Source: Psammoneis japonica (taxonomy: Eukaryota). From it: a stretch of 64,000 nt of DNA. The notes under the pieces are model-generated. The model was not told the origin of the DNA and did no database searches. It saw only the letters and a program-made list of their open reading frames with translations. Of the stretch, positions 21,255-34,179 are shown one piece after another. Made by a program: the position numbers and the translations under genes. The stretch spans positions 434,001 to 498,000 of the forward strand of contig QPGO01000042.1 in NCBI GenBank assembly GCA_008632985.1. Reading direction: 5' to 3'. Positions within the stretch are counted from its first letter, which is position 1. Every line of letters begins with the position of its first letter.

Positions 21255-21460
21255 TTGGCGTTCACGTCACAACGGAAAAAGAGCTGCTGTCCATGGTGGA
21301 AACACTTGGGAAATTCCGGAATGCACTGTTTGGCCAACACATTGACATGTGCATGGTTCACAAGACACAACAAACACAGAGTCGTGGGTGGGCAAATTGA
21401 TGCAGCACACAACGAGGGCATGGTGAACATTGTCGCAGAAGCATTCAGCCAACTTGCTGT
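21255..21460 (+). pseudogene. Decayed Ty3/gypsy RNase H fragment (further copies near 5700, 12100 and inverted near 22080-22160 and 23430-23510)
   Basis: HVTTEKELLSMVETLGKFRNALFGQ resembles gypsy YTTTEKELLSIVETLKEFRNILFG; GMVNIVAEAFSQL resembles GxxNxVADALSRL. Confidence 0.75.
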
Positions 21461-21787
21461 GAAGAAAATTGAGCCTTTTGAAATCCTGCAACAATGACCT
21501 GCCTTTAAAACAAGACAATGACATTTCCTCCAAATTGCCAGATGCAACACATCTTGCCAACACTTTTCGTGGAGGTGAGCAAGATCAAAAAGTGCTCATG
21601 TCACAAGGACAAAATTGTCTTGTCTGAAGATGCTTTGAAAAAATTGGTGACAGATTGGCACAAAATGCGTGCCCACTTCACACTGGAAAAAAAGACAGTC
21701 TCGCAACACCCGCGCAGTTGCAGTGTAAAATGTGCAAGGCAAGACACAAACAAACAATGTTGCTCTCAAAAGACACTTGGAAATTGG

Positions 21788-23764
21788 AGCATCTTCAGAC
21801 AAGACAATTTTGTCCTTGTGACATGAGCACTTTTTGATCTTGCTCGCCTCCACGAAAAGTGTTGGCAAGATGTGTTGCATCTGGCAATTTGGAGAAAATG
21901 TCATTGTCTTGTTTTAAAGGCAGGTCATTGTTGCAGGATTTCAAAAGGCTCAATTTTCTTCACAGCAAGTTGGCTGAATGCTTCTGCGACAATGTTCGCC
22001 ATGCCCCAGTTGTGTGCTGCATCAATTTGCCCACCCATGACTCTGTTTGTTGTGTCTTGTGAACCACGCACATGTCAATGTGTTGGCCAAACAGTGCGTT
22101 CCAGAATTTCCCAAGTGTTTCCACCATGGACAGCAGCTCTTTTTCCATTGTGACGTGAACGCCAAATTTCAGGCATGATGGTGGTGCAGTTTTTGACACG
22201 ATGCACTCCTCAGTTTGGTTTTGCCCATTTGGGGATTCCCCAAAATGGCCAGGGTGAGGGGGAGTTGCCTTCCCCTTTTGATGGAGTCCCAGGAAATGAG
22301 GGCAATGTTTCAGGAAGGAAAGCCTGAAAGGGCTCAGGGGAGGGGAACAAAAAGCAAATGGAGTGCGGCAATCTGTGGCAATTGCAGTTGGGCGGGTGTG
22401 CTTTTATCCCAAGCCATGAATTGCCCCCTTGTGGCAGAGCAAGGAAAGAAGAAACATTGCCTTTAAATCAGCCACGTTGATGTTGCTTGTGCGAGGCTCC
22501 ATTTTTGCCTTGTCCTTTGCTCCAGTGCCATTGTGATTTGCATTTGTGTCCACGCCACACAAGAAGGAACACATGGCACACTGTGTTCTGCACACAAGAC
22601 AGGTCAAAGGAAAGAAGGAGCATGACCACTCAATCCGCCATTTTTTTAGCAGCCTTGTGAGGTTCCACTTTTTCCTTGGCCTTCATTCTAGATGCCTCAT
22701 GGTTTGCATTTGCTGCTGCACGACATCAAAGTGATTCCAAATGACTTGCTTCATTCTGCACACAAGATGTGTCAATTGGAAAAATGAGCAAGACCATTCA
22801 ATCCATCATGTTTTTATCAGCCATGCACGGTTCTGCTTTTGCCTTGGACTTTACCATGGACGCCGCATGGCTCACATTCGTGACGGCACGAAAAAAAAGA
22901 GTGAGTGCAACGATCCATCAACACACCAGTTTTCTGAACGCAATCTGTCAAGCTTCTGCTCATTTTACATTTTGTGCTGTTGATCACAATGTTGTTCACT
23001 GGATTGACCAGTGTCATCATTGTTTGACAAAAGCCATCACAAATGAGACACGAGCGCTCCATGGCGTGTTGCCCATTTTTGTTGAGTTGTTCGGTTGTTG
23101 ATTTGCGCATCTGATGTGTGGTTCCGTGCGTGCTGGCATGCAGAACACGTAGAAATGTGTGAGAGGGGAAGCACGGGGAATTGCCAATGCATTGTTTTTA
23201 TTCGTGTGTTGAGCACACATGTGACGAAGGGCAGTTTGTGGCAACTCCCTGGGAATTCACCCTTTCCACAGACAAACAGGGTAAAACGTGGCAATCCCGT
23301 GGATTTTTGTTCAAAAACATGGCAAAACCAAACTGAGATGCACTCCATGTTCTTGGAGACTTTTGTTCTGCACTTGACCTTCATTGAGGTGGATTTGGCT
23401 TGAAGTGTGCAGGAGATCACATGTCAATGTGTTGGCCAAACAGTGCATTCCGGAATTTCCCAAGTGTTTCCACCATGGACAGAAGCTCTTTTTCCGTTGT
23501 GACGTGAATGCCAAATTTCAGGCATGATGGTGGTGCAGTTTTTGACATGATGCACTCCATGTTTTTGGAGATTTTTGTTCTGCACTTGACCTTCATTGAG
23601 GTGGATTTGGCTTGAAGTGTGCAGGAGATCATTGAGACTGCATGTCTTGACATCAGCGATGTGTGTTGAGACAAGATGTTGCAATGTTCTTTGTTTTTTT
23701 TTTTTTTTCAGCGTTGTGATCACCTGAGTTGCCTCCATTTTCTTTGCAGTTGGGTGCACACCAT
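21788..23764 (-). repeat. Right arm of a ~2-kb inverted duplication (left arm = 11845-13043 plus 20854-21634)
   Basis: Reverse-complement match with a ~153-bp spacer (21635-21787). Carries the empty LTR insertion site (single AGAAG at 22562-22566). Confidence 0.9.
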
Positions 23765-25776
23765 GGACCACCAGAACGTCTGCACTGCAGTCTTTGCTCC
23801 TGTTGAGTGCGCCTGTGTTGGCCTCTCTGAAAATGATGCAATGGAACAGCGCAGCGTGGAGAACATTGAAGTGCATCATTCATCCTTTGCACTTTCAAGA
23901 AGCAAACAGTGATGACCTGCGGCAGCATCTTTCACTGAGATACAAGCCGCATCAACAGACTGAAGTGATTCGACACGAAACAGATCTCTTTTGATGGAAT
24001 CACATCCGAAGGACTCATTTCCAACAATCTGTGTGTCCATTGTCTTCCAAACTCCCTTGTTGCACTGCCGATCATCCTCAGCACAATCTGAGACTTGAGT
24101 GGAGCATGTCGCATGGCCGTTCAAACCCAAATGCCTTTGCGAAAGTGATTGTGGACAAGATGCCAGAACAGAACATAAGATTTTGTCCTTGTTGGGTGTG
24201 GAATGAGGGTTGCAGCTAACTCAGGTGTTGTGCTGCTGTGTCGCACGCAGGTTCTCGGAATGCACTTTGTTGGTCCCAACACCGTGGGCAGCACATGTGC
24301 ATTTGAGTCTTTTGAGACATTGTTGTGTGCACACATTTGAGCCTTTTGGGGTGTGGCAGGGGGGGGGGCAGTGGCAAGGCTGAAGCTGCAAGCAGAGAGG
24401 GGCAAGCAGCGTGATGCAAGAAAAAGCGAGAGAGGGGGGGATGCTGAGGAGAACAAAGTGCGTGGCCCCTTCAAAAGACTTCCTCAGCCAAATCTGACTG
24501 TGCACTTCAGTGCATCTTGCTGGGTGCAAACCTTTCCTTTGCACCAAACAGGTGGTTGCTGACGTGTGCTGTTGCAACAACAACCTGCCCGGCACTGGCT
24601 GCTTCTGGCGAGCAACCCCACCACGTGTGGGCTTGCAACTTTGCTCCCAAGCATCCAGCTCAATGTTGGAGCCAACGGCACAGCACACACAAGGAAAAAG
24701 ACTTCTCACTCAAGCTCCAGCAAGTGGAGCAAGAACCGCAGCAATGGGAAACTGCCTGCTGAGATGGGGGCAGGGGGGATCCCCAGCATGACCAATCCCT
24801 CCTCTGACTTGCTCACAATTTGTGGGTTTCGCCAATCAACCAAAAATGACAAGACCAGAGAATGCTTTCACAGCTGGCACAAGCTCAGGGAATGACCCCC
24901 TGCACCCTCCCTTGACCAATGAGCACTGCAGTGCAAGGCAAACAAAATGAAGCGCCGCCCCTCAGTGTGCTCTGGACAGCAGCTTCTTGCCAGCTTTGGA
25001 CCTTCAACCAGCCACTTGAAAGGGTGGAGAAACAAGAGCTCTCTCTGAAGCTTGCTCAGTGGCTTGGTGAAAAATTTGGCCAGTTGGCCAGCCAAGACAA
25101 CAACAAACTTTGCTGGAGGGCAGGCCAAGAAGAGCAGGTCTTGGCCTTGCTTGTGTTGATGCTCAGCTCAAATTTGTTTGGAAGAAGAGTTGGAAAGACT
25201 TTGACCCCCCACTGGAGCCACAAAATGCACAAGGTGTGAGCATTGTTGGTCTCCCACTCTTCGTGCCGATGTTTTGTGAGATGGAAGAGATTGGGTGCAT
25301 TGTTCGTAGTGTCAGGTGTGTGAAAATGGAGCCAACTTTTCACAAAGCACCTTTGTCACACACACACACCCCAAAAAACGTGCAAGGGTTCGGTGACAGC
25401 TCCCCAACTAACGCCACTCTCTGTTTGCGACCCAAAAGTTGTCGGGAACTTCGGACTGGCATGGCATTCATTGGTCTGTGAAAATGCATTGTGAAGGGGG
25501 GGTGTTCGACATTCGACACGTGAAACCATGTTGAAGATCGTTAAAAGAACGTTATTCGATGCGTGCTCACGAACAACTACAGTACTGTACTGAAGATACA
25601 CAACAAAACAACACATGTAAATTGAGAAAAGTAACATCGTCTGTACAGAAGCGGCATCATCAAACGATCACAGCATACGGTAGGAACGTCAAGAGCCACA
25701 CTCAATACAGCATTAATCTGTCTGAAGAGATAATCTCCACTGCGTATCTACAATAGTTTCACTCAAAACCAGTCGC

Positions 25777-26937
25777 ATGGAAATGAGGATTCAGAGACGA
25801 CGGGACATGTCTTCGCCAAGTTCGTCTTCGGTTCGTGCGACGCCTCCAACAAGCAACATTTCACGAACAGCTTCTGCAGTCGAAGATAGGAGTGCTTATG
25901 ATAGCGACAGTAACGGCAGCTCTATTGGGAGCCTTGAAGAGGAGTGGGATCTTGGTTCAGAAGAAAAAATACCGATTCCGTACACCGCACCCGCAGCGAA
26001 TCGCCACAGCGGAGAATTAATCCTAAGTGGAGACGAAGACTCCTCGTACGGAGGAAATGTCCATGACGGCAAAACCAGGAATCATATGTTTCTAACAGCA
26101 GTTGACTTGTCCCTACCCGGAACTGATTCCCTGCCAACAGACCTTGATAGTCTAGATGTTGTGAGCTACATTCCAAGCAGCGCGGCAGGGACGTCATTGC
26201 GATCGAGGCCCTTGTCGACGGGCACGCTTGGTGACAGCGATGTGGATTCACCCCGTGATGCCCGGCGACGTGGGCGTGCTTTACGATCTTCGAGTCTTCT
26301 CGTACCATTTCTGTTGGCGACAACTTTCGCCACAACGACTCTATCGGCCTACCTTGCTTGGGACAGAAACGCGTGGCGCGCAGCAGCACTTCGTCTGGAG
26401 GACGACCTTCAAAGGCTGCAGTCGGATGCGAAGACAAATTATCCGAAATGCAAACGTGAAAAGAGTGAAGTACGCGGTTGCTCGTCGAATTCATCGGACT
26501 TTGATTGGGCGAACGAATGTCATCCGCAGGAGAAGAAGATTGTTCTCGCTGACAACTGTTGGTTGCATGCTGAGGCTGCGCTGTCGTTTGGTGACTGCGC
26601 TGAAAACGTTCGATCCGCTGTCAAAAAGTTTTTTGACCACGTCGGCTCTGAAATGGCAAATGCCATGTCGGTTGAACCCACCGAAGAGTCTCCTGGAATA
26701 GAGGAACTTGAGCACTTTGGTTTAAGCGACGTGCGCCCACAGACAGCTGGATTCACGTTACAGAATATCATGCAAGCTACATCATCAATTGCTTCGACGA
26801 CCACCTTGGTAGGTGATGCTATAGTTGCGGCAGTGTCTGAAGCTAGCGGTTTCTTCGATGACTATGTTTCGACAGTGGTCAGTGCAACGCGAGACGCAAT
26901 TGAGGAAAATTCCCTTCAGTCTCACATTGATCACTAG
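25777..26937 (+). CDS. Hypothetical protein, 386 aa, one transmembrane segment followed by a coiled coil
   Basis: Long ORF with normal codon and TA content; hydrophobic LLVPFLLATTFATTTLSAYLAW, then ALRLEDDLQRLQSD. Confidence 0.7.
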   Translation: MEMRIQRRRDMSSPSSSSVRATPPTSNISRTASAVEDRSAYDSDSNGSSIGSLEEEWDLGSEEKIPIPYTAPAANRHSGELILSGDEDSSYGGNVHDGKTRNHMFLTAVDLSLPGTDSLPTDLDSLDVVSYIPSSAAGTSLRSRPLSTGTLGDSDVDSPRDARRRGRALRSSSLLVPFLLATTFATTTLSAYLAWDRNAWRAAALRLEDDLQRLQSDAKTNYPKCKREKSEVRGCSSNSSDFDWANECHPQEKKIVLADNCWLHAEAALSFGDCAENVRSAVKKFFDHVGSEMANAMSVEPTEESPGIEELEHFGLSDVRPQTAGFTLQNIMQATSSIASTTTLVGDAIVAAVSEASGFFDDYVSTVVSATRDAIEENSLQSHIDH

Positions 26938-27548
26938 TAGCAAGCGGAAAATGACACGTTGTGGGTAAGCCGGGCTAGAGGCCTACAATGCAAGTAACCC
27001 TAGGATATATGTGTTTGATAGGAGTAGGTAGTACGTACATGCTGTAAAAGTCCTCTGCAAAATAGCATATTTTCTCTCTCTTTTCATACAACCTAGACCC
27101 ACATGCAAAGTAGCAGTCCGATTTTCTCATTCCGACGCTACACACGACACGTGCGGTGCAATAAAACAGCAATGTAGCGCCTCTACTCTAGTCTAGAGTA
27201 GTAGCTAGCCCTCTACATACTCTAGGACGCTACTCTAGATAGTAGACCCTCTAGCTAGCTAGCTCTAGAGGGCCCCTACCGATAGTCTACACTCGATCAG
27301 GCGATGATAAAGGAAGGTCGCGTCGATCGACTGTCGACGACGACTCCTCCTCTCGGATGAAGGAGGGACGAGATTCTTCTGTGGCCGCACGTACGCGCGT
27401 AGGTACTGTACGTACTGTGCAACATATGAATATATACATAATATTAGGAGAGCATTCAGAATATTACGTATGTGAATACAGTATATATTCCGCCCAAGCA
27501 CTCGCAACCTGGCATTCAACGCACTGAGCACCGTGCGTTGCGTTGACC

Positions 27549-30239
27549 ATGGCCATGGCGTCTCCAAGCAGGAGCTCCACCAACACCCTGAGGGATGAGA
27601 AGGTGATCTTTGGTCTTTCTACCTCTGATATTGATCGGTTCATCCCGAAAATCGCGGTGACAAATAAGTCCGATGGCTCGCAGGTTGAGCGTCCGTTCCT
27701 TTCGGATGATATGAGCCGTGTGCTAGACTACGATGGCATGCCAGATCCGCCGTCCGACGGCCCCATGTTGTACTGCGAAAGCGTAGGCAGCGAACTCAAG
27801 TTCCCAGTGCGGTACTTCTGTTTGCGTGGTGGTTTTCTTTTTTATTTCAACGCCGAGGACGTGGACGATGAGACAAACGTTGTTTCATACGATGCGCCGC
27901 CTCTGGGGGTTGTTCCTCTGGATCAGATATCGGTTGAGTTTCCTCCCGGTGGACGTCGCGTCTTTCGAGCTCACGCGCACACCGACGCCAGAAATGGATA
28001 CGAGCTTGCGATTATGCACGTTCCTGACGAAGCCAACACCACCCGGCCGCATCAGTTTCTCGTCGCAGAGAGTATGGGTCAGCGAGAACGCTGGGCCCAA
28101 GCACTTCGGATGAGGTCTGAAGTTGCGAGAGACACGTTGCTAAGGCCAGATGTCATGGCCACCAGTCGACTTTCTGACATCATCAACTCACACACCAACA
28201 GTTCAGACCAAGGAGACGGAGATCCTTCATCAGCTACAAAGCGGCGAAGAGGAAAGCGCCACGATGAAACGAACGAGACGAAATTGAGTATGTTCGACAA
28301 CGACGAGAACGACATCCAGGCGGCAGTGAGAGAGTTTGACGTGGAGAACTTCTCATCGGAGGAATGGATCGACGAATTCTTCAGTGAGCATAACGATTTT
28401 GATGCTCCGGCCAAGTGTCGTCAAATGGAGCAGTGGCAATCCAGTATTAAGAAGGGCTTAAAGGGCGCAGTTCTCGAACAGTACGAATACTTTGTCCAGG
28501 CATCTGGTGAAATGACAACCATGGGGCGGGAGGTTGCAGTACTTAGATCTCTTGTCGATGCTCAAGTTGAAACTATCAAGGAGATGAAAGACATTGACTT
28601 CAATGCAGCGTTCGTTGACCAACAAGACGAATTGGAGGTCATGAGTAGTGATGATGAGGGAGGTCTAGAGCCTGCGAGGGTAGGAGGCGGCAAAATTAGG
28701 CGCCGGAGGGTCCCTCAAGCGCAAGACGATGCCAGTGATGTAAGTAGCGTCTCATCTACTGTCGGTGGATCAAAGAAGAGGCGAGGTGGGAAAGGCAAAG
28801 ACTTGGACGATGACGAAACAACGTCTATGGAAATTCCGTCTTGGTTTGACGACGTTCCTGAGGAGATATCTGCCTTTATAAAAGAGTGTCGATACACAGA
28901 CGCTGCTGATCTCTTGTTTAAAGCAAAGCTTGAGATTGGCGATATTATGTCACAGGTAAGTGTGCGCACCAACGACGTTCTTTGCAGGTGCAGAAACCGT
29001 GACTGGTGACGCGTTCTGAATCTCTTTTTTGATTCTGCCGTTGGCCTCTGCAGCACGAGAAACAAACGGAACGTCTTCTGTCGAAGAAACAACAAACCGG
29101 TTTGGAAGCTACTCTACGAAGCCTTGCATCTCTTACAGAGCGAATGAGCAATCGTCTCGTGGAGAGCCTACGTCGCAAGAACGAGGCGCTCAAGCAAGCC
29201 GCGAAGCGCGAAAGGGCAGAGACACTCTCACTCATGGCCCCTATGGTGTCGCCAGTGTGCCTCAACGATGACTTCAATTCGCTGCAGTTGCTCGTGAAGT
29301 TGGGCAAGACACAGGAGGCTGCTACAGCTTATTCTGCTAGGCGGTCGTTGTTGCTAATGGAAGCGTGAGTTCCTATTCGATCTACAGTAGTTGGAGTTGA
29401 TTGCCGTTAGGCCTAGCATTCTCACGCCTTGCTGCCGTCAATCTGTTCAGTTTGCATGAACGTCCCATCTCGGGAACTAGTACCCTCGATCTTGTCATTT
29501 ACTCAGCTCAGCTGAGTCAGAGTTTCTTCTCTTGTCTAGCCAACTCCGTAGAAGGTTTTCTTGATTTGTTTCTTTCCGTGGACATCAAAAACAGGGACGA
29601 AAGCGGTAGCTTGGATGAAAGCTCGCTTCAATCTATGACGAGCAAGAACGTACCATCGGCCGCACTGGCGGCAATAGTCTTGTGGTGTGATGCCGAGCTC
29701 TCCAAGTTCTCTTCAGCCTTTGGGGGGACCCGCATCCTTGGAAACTTGTCACTCTCTCCGCCACCGCGTGATACCCAAGGCCGTTCCCGGTTCAATGACA
29801 GCGACAACGAAACCGAAAAGGAACGGCAGGTAAGTTTGTTGTGAAACTAGCCTTTATTCGTTTATACTTTGCCTGATATTGGTCTCGCTTCATCGTTCAA
29901 TAGAATGCCATTGAGATTGCTGCGCAGTGTGTGGATCAGGCGTTTCAGTACGCATCGCAGAATTTGGACTCTATCGGGTTGCCTCTGACACCTCGACTCG
30001 CTGAATACCTTCGGTAAGTGAGAGTACCATATGTTTGAGATTAATAGTGCTCGCAACTCATACCCTGGATATTGTCACACATAATTAGATCCCGCATGAA
30101 GGGTTGCGAAGCGGAAGTTGCACAGCTGTTGAACGATCGGTGGAAGCACCTCGCGTCGGATTGGAGGTTTGAAATGGAGTACGATGACCAACCCATGGAC
30201 GAAAGACGTGGAATGGGTGGACTTCTACCTCCAATGTAA
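27549..30239 (+). CDS. EXO84: Exocyst subunit Exo84/EXOC8-like protein with an N-terminal PH domain (5 exons)
   Basis: PH-like RYFCLRGGFLFYF..PLGVVPL..RERWAQAL; Vps51/Exo84 N region FDVENF..AVLEQYEYFVQASGEM; LLVKLGKTQEAATAYSARR. Introns ~28956-29053, 29365-29450, 29830-29903 and ~30014-30089. Confidence 0.78.
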
Positions 30240-30461
30240 TGCACAGCAAACTGTATGTACAAGTATCACGAGATTGAAAATTAGTGATGTGTTGCTCCGT
30301 AAAATGGTTAAAAGACTTTCATCTCGGTTTGATTATTACAGACAGTATTGAAAGACGATTCTCTTCTCAGCCTTTTAGGAAGTACATTCCGAGATATAGC
30401 GCAGCGGCGTCAAAGGAAACAAAGGATTGATTGTGAGTCGTATTAGGACGTACAAGGGTGT

Positions 30462-30806
30462 TCAAATCAGCTCGTTTTCGTCGTCATCGTCACTCTCAGA
30501 GTCACCCTGAGCTACCATAACCATATCACCGAGCACGTTGTCTGCCTGAGCACTTTGTATCATAAGTTCTCTCCGCTCTCTCAATCTTCGACAGCAAACA
30601 CAAACTCTGTAAAACACGCAAAGACCACAAAGGATGACGACTCCTAATATCACGTAGCCGAATGTTTTTGATGCTTGATTTCCGTCCCCGTCTCCACTTG
30701 GTCCATCGTCTGTATATTCCCCTGTACTGTTGGTAGTCTCATTCAGCATTCGCCTCGCAATCAGCCCCCAGGCATCCACGCTTTCAAGTCGCGATGTAGA
30801 CAACAT
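30462..30806 (-). CDS. Small single-pass membrane protein, 114 aa
   Basis: RRML motif, TM helix FGYVILGVVILCGLCVFY, Cys/Arg patch, acidic tail. Confidence 0.6.
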   Translation of the reverse strand: MLSTSRLESVDAWGLIARRMLNETTNSTGEYTDDGPSGDGDGNQASKTFGYVILGVVILCGLCVFYRVCVCCRRLRERRELMIQSAQADNVLGDMVMVAQGDSESDDDDENELI

Positions 30807-31489
30807 TGATATTTCTCTGCGTAAGTTCTACCGCCTGCCGAATTGCCGAATAAATTTGTTCTTTCTCCGCCAAGAATCAAGGACGAGACACAGATCAGGT
30901 TCCGAGAGAGTACCAAAACCAAGTGGACACCAAGGATTGATCGATTGCGTATTTCCCCTTCGCTGCAGGTAAGCTTGTGCCTTTGGTGCCGCAGTTGTGC
31001 CTTGTGCCTGCCTTGTGCCGTTGTGCCGGCCTTCAAATACGGTATGCCGAAAAGCAGCCGAAATGCACAGTTCTCATCACTGGGTCGCGCGCACGCGCAG
31101 AGCGGACGTGGAACCGCTCGATCATCTTCGTTATCTGTCTCTCTTCCTATCTCTGCTCTCTACCTCTACACTCTAGTAGAGAGAGAGAGTAGGTAGTGAA
31201 GCTCCGGTGCATTTGTACTATTGGTTAGCATTCCATCCATAGGCAGGCCAGCCATCCGTCCGGGAGGTTGCGATGTACCTCTCTCTACTCTACCTAGCTA
31301 CTCTAGCTAGCTAGAGCAGCTCTACTCTCTAGTAGCTACTACTACTACTCTACAGTAGGGAATAGATGCTCACTATCACGTTCCTTTGCGTAGCCTGCTT
31401 TTTTATCAGCTTCAATCACATACTACAGACAGGTAATTAGCTACGTACACTAAGAATTGTCATGACAGCTAAACCTCTTACAATCGCTC

Positions 31490-33746
31490 CTAGCTCGGAG
31501 TGTTCCATTCTTCCACCACTTCATAAAGAGCGGGTCTGATACTGAGAGTCCTCCATCCCGTTTTATCGGTTTTCCTCTCTTGCAACACGAGAACTTTTCT
31601 CATGGGATAAATTTCGCTATCATCAGAGCCAGAATCAAGGTTAGAGGGGCTGCCCTCCCCAGACGTGTCCCCCGCCCGCACCTCTTGAAGGTAGATGGTT
31701 TCAGACGTCGTCGTGTGAACCTGAATAAGCGGTTCTTGAAAGCTTTCAACGGGTTTGGGATATACATCGAAACTACCATGGCACTTAATCGTAACGCTCG
31801 TGAGCCGGACCATAATCTCGATTGTGCCACCTCGGGCTACTCTACCGTACGATGGTATGGATTTAGACGGAACCACTTCGACATCCTCGTCACCGAACAA
31901 GTCCCTTACAATGAAAAATGCATCGCCTCCCATTCCTGTCCGACTGGCAGCAATAAGGAGACGACGAGTCATCATGTCAACGGTTTTAAGTTGGAAGTTG
32001 CGTCGCTTTGGTTTCTTCTTTGCGCTGTGTGTCCCTTCGTCCCTCCTTTTAGGTAAACTGCCGTCCGTGTCACCTTCATTCCCCGACGAGATGAAGTCGG
32101 ATTCCTGATCGTTGCTACTGGATTTCATCTCCGACATAGAAGCGGGACAGCTTTCAGATCTAGAAACTTTTCTCGCTTTCCCCTTGGGAGTTCTGCGTTT
32201 TTCGTGCATCAAGGTTCGAGAATTCAATGTCTCTGAGAGCAACGTAACCAACTCTTTCCTGTTCCTGACCGGGGGTAAGATGTGCCCATTGACAGTAATA
32301 GTTTCTCGTTGTAGGTCGCGCACTGCCTGGCGTATGGCTTCCGGATCCATACAACGGGTTGTAACATCGTTACACTCCATTCCACCAACGTTTGGAGGCA
32401 ACTCGATGCGTTGCAATTCATTCCGAAAGTCTTGGCATACTTCTAGCAAGTGGCCAATGGATCGGAACTCGATCGTCTTGAATAGGTTCCGCATCCGAAC
32501 ATCTAAGACTGTGCTCAACATCCGTTCCAGATCAGACTCAGCGACTAGATTCTCCCAATTTAGCTGCAAATATTCAACGAAAGTCATGACTAAAGGCGCC
32601 AGTGTCTTCTCAGCGGACTCTTCAGGTGAAGAAAGAAACGCAAGAGATGCAAAGGACGTTTGCTTCTCATACTCAGATACGACCTCTACGCAACACAGGG
32701 ACAAAGCAACATAAGGGTTAGAGATCTGGAGAATCTCTTTTAGGAGTCCCGAAGCAGTAACAACGAAACTTTCACAACTCACGTCGTACAACGTTTGAAA
32801 TATCATCTCCAAGTGTATCGACTGCCAGTAGTTCTTTTGCCAAAGACTTGAGCAACTTTGTCAGTACGGGGCTCATGCTGCGAACACACCCGACTGTGTT
32901 GACAAAAGCCAACACTAGAGCATTAACTCGGGCCTTCACCGCACGCGGCGGTTCCATTGCCGCAACACATTCTTTCTTTGTGACACGAACACGGGTAAGA
33001 CATCGTAGATACAACTCCAACCGAGTAGTCAAATCAGCTGCACGAAACTGCGCGTACGCCATCACTTGCCCACTTGAAGAATTCGACAGTTGACGTAACA
33101 TTTCCGTTGCCGGCTGGATAGCGGCAAGCGTCGGTGAAGCCGTTCCACTTGTGCTCTTCTTCTTGCGCGGCACACTGTATCCGGATAGCGCCTCAGTCAA
33201 CGAAAGTTCACGCCCAGACGCGCTAGTTGGTCGTGTAGGGAGCCTCAGCTTCGATCCTGCCGACCGACTCTTGGATGGGCTGCGCTTTTGCGTTGAGTTA
33301 AGAGGATCGCAGTGCACAGCCAAAGCACAGGCTTCGATGAACGCGTCCATCCGTGCTCTTGTCCTTCTTTCGAGAGACTTGTAGAGTTCCTCGTCTTTTT
33401 TATTCCATGATTCGGTCTCTTCGTCTAACGTTGAAGATCGACGAAGATGCTCTCTCCAGTCTCCAAATCCACGACTACCTGTACCGTCCGCAACAGCACT
33501 AACACCGTTCTGCTCACTCCTGTCCCTCGTGTTGGAGGCGGCCGCAGCCGGAGAAGCCTCCTCGATCTCCAAGCCATTGAAGGATTTTTCCAATCCTATT
33601 GCTTCGTCAGACAGAAGTATCTTCAGAGTCAGCGCGAGTACTGGTCGTCGTAAGTAGTTCTGAACATTCTCTGCGTTTGAAGACGAGGGATCCAAGTGTG
33701 CAAGATACCAACTCACTACCTCTTGCGCCAATGATCGAGCACTCAT
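31490..33746 (-). CDS. Hypothetical protein, ~720 aa (2 exons, intron 32782-32686)
   Basis: Two long ORFs joined in frame by a GTGAGT..TAG intron (NVVRQVVSEYEK). Confidence 0.75.
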
Positions 33747-34179
33747 TATTTGATAGCACGACAGCTAGTGGAAATTTGTTGCCTCTGTCGCGCCAACGAC
33801 CATCAAGCCTTGCACCAATCTTGTCTCTCAGATCACAGTGTCGTGTAATAAAAAGGAATGTTAGTGGTGTTCTTGCTGTGATCTGTGATGATGTCTCATG
33901 TCTCATGTCTCGCAAGTCTCGCTGAAAAAATGCGGAGAACAAAACTTCGCCATTTTTGTCTTTTCTCCGGGCTGGCGGACGGACGAAGCAAATTGATCGC
34001 TTGCGTGCGTGCGTGCGTGCATTGCTTTCGAGCGATTTCGAGCGACTTGCTTTCGAGTTACAGCTACATAGCGCCAGCGCAGTGTGATGATGTTGGGTGT
34101 GTGTTTGTATCCGATCCCCGGCGCTCTTCCCACGAACGGTGCTTTCTTTACCACAAACGTGATCCTGTTGAAAACGTTA

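Noticed and set aside
24440..24700. Possible DIRS-like reverse transcriptase remnant (KVRGPFKRLPQPNL)
   Set aside because: A single short motif in heavily mutated DNA; no supporting downstream motifs were recognised.
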